This document shows, in pieces, positions 63,023 through 64,000 of a stretch of DNA of 64,000 nucleotides. The position numbers were made by a program, and so were the translations under genes. The notes under the pieces were generated by a model that was not told where the DNA came from, ran no database searches, and saw nothing but the letters and a program-made list of their open reading frames with translations. Origin of the DNA: Octopus bimaculoides. Taxonomy: Eukaryota. Each line of letters begins with the position of its first letter. The first letter of the stretch is position 1. The DNA is taken from contig NC_068989.1 of assembly GCF_001194135.2 (NCBI RefSeq), forward strand, positions 8,613,880 through 8,677,879, written 5' to 3'.

Positions 63023-64000
63023 TAGATTTCTCTATTTAGACGGTTAGAGATATGCTTCGATATTTATTCTAGTCTCTTTTCTATAGAATTTAAACATACA
63101 TGTATCTTTAAGCATGAATTTATATTCGATGCTTATTAGTTTGAATTAAATGAGCGACAATATAGCATTACTTAACAAAAATAAAATAAAATTGCTCAGT
63201 TCGCATTGTGGATGATTATCAATCGAAATCTCAATGGTTTGACCTTGTTATCGGTGCTGACCTGTACTGTAACCGTTTCTAAAACGCTCCAATTTTTTTA
63301 AAAAAGTAGAGAGTAATAATTGCGTCTTTCCATAAGCATGTGACCAACTCTTAAAGGAAAATTTGAGTAGGTGAATGAAGACTAACGCTAATTATAAAAC
63401 AGTAACTAATTCATAATACAGAATATATTGAGTTATTGATGAAATGTTGTCATATTTTTCCTTTTCTAAACACTACTTTATTCAGTTCATTTCGCTGGGA
63501 TCAAAATATATTCAAATTATTGCATTCATTATTAATTTATTCCATCACATTTGCTGTGTTTCATAGAATTTATTTTTTTATATTCTTTAAGCAATGTGTT
63601 TGATTTATATTTGTTAAATGAATCAGTGTCATCCTTAATATGGTGACGGTTTTCCTTCCGACTCAAATTATTATTCCAAAGCGTCTCCATAACTTATTTA
63701 CAATAAACAAATGAGATTGTTGGATTTGAATTAAATTAGGATAATTTACTTCAATATCAATCACTAAATTTATGAAAGGAAAAATAATATAAAAATATTA
63801 GTATTGAAATTAAAATAGAAAATAACAATAAACATTTATAGCGAAAACGAAATGTTCGCCATTTATACAGAAAAGAGGAAAATTCTTTAGAGTACATGTG
63901 TTGTTAAATATGTCGAGGTATGGTTATATTTGTTTTTCATTTGCGATAAATATTGGTTTCTAGATTTCATTATAGAGTAATTTCTGTGAGTGTTTTGTTA

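Overview
AT-rich eukaryotic (animal) genomic DNA from a short-read-type assembly. It has 11 N-gaps, 10 of them flanked by microsatellites on both sides, and very dense (TA)n, (CA)n, (GATA)n, (AAT)n and (CTT)n tracts. The repeat landscape looks like an octopus/cephalopod genome; this is inference from my recollection of such repeats, not from a search. No complete protein-coding gene is recognisable, and nearly all ORFs in the supplied track are microsatellite or gap artefacts. The window is intronic/intergenic and filled with transposon debris: at least four tRNA-derived SINE families, decayed non-LTR retrotransposons (R4/Dong-like RT and restriction-like endonuclease, RTE, L1/Tx1), a mariner transposase relic, an internally deleted Tc1, a hAT MITE with an 8-bp TSD and a Tc1/mariner MITE. 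A few possible small exons are present at low confidence. The most striking element is a ~250-370 bp composite repeat (11241-11608, 20207-20460, decayed at 1689-1822). It joins a tRNA-derived Pol III head, an (AAT)n linker and a 3' module holding a minimal type-I hammerhead ribozyme of the Penelope-like kind. Its 5' end is a head-to-head palindrome whose 2-nt centre occurs in both orientations. A perfect 297-bp inverted duplication (38479-38775 / 40467-40763) is the other major structural oddity.
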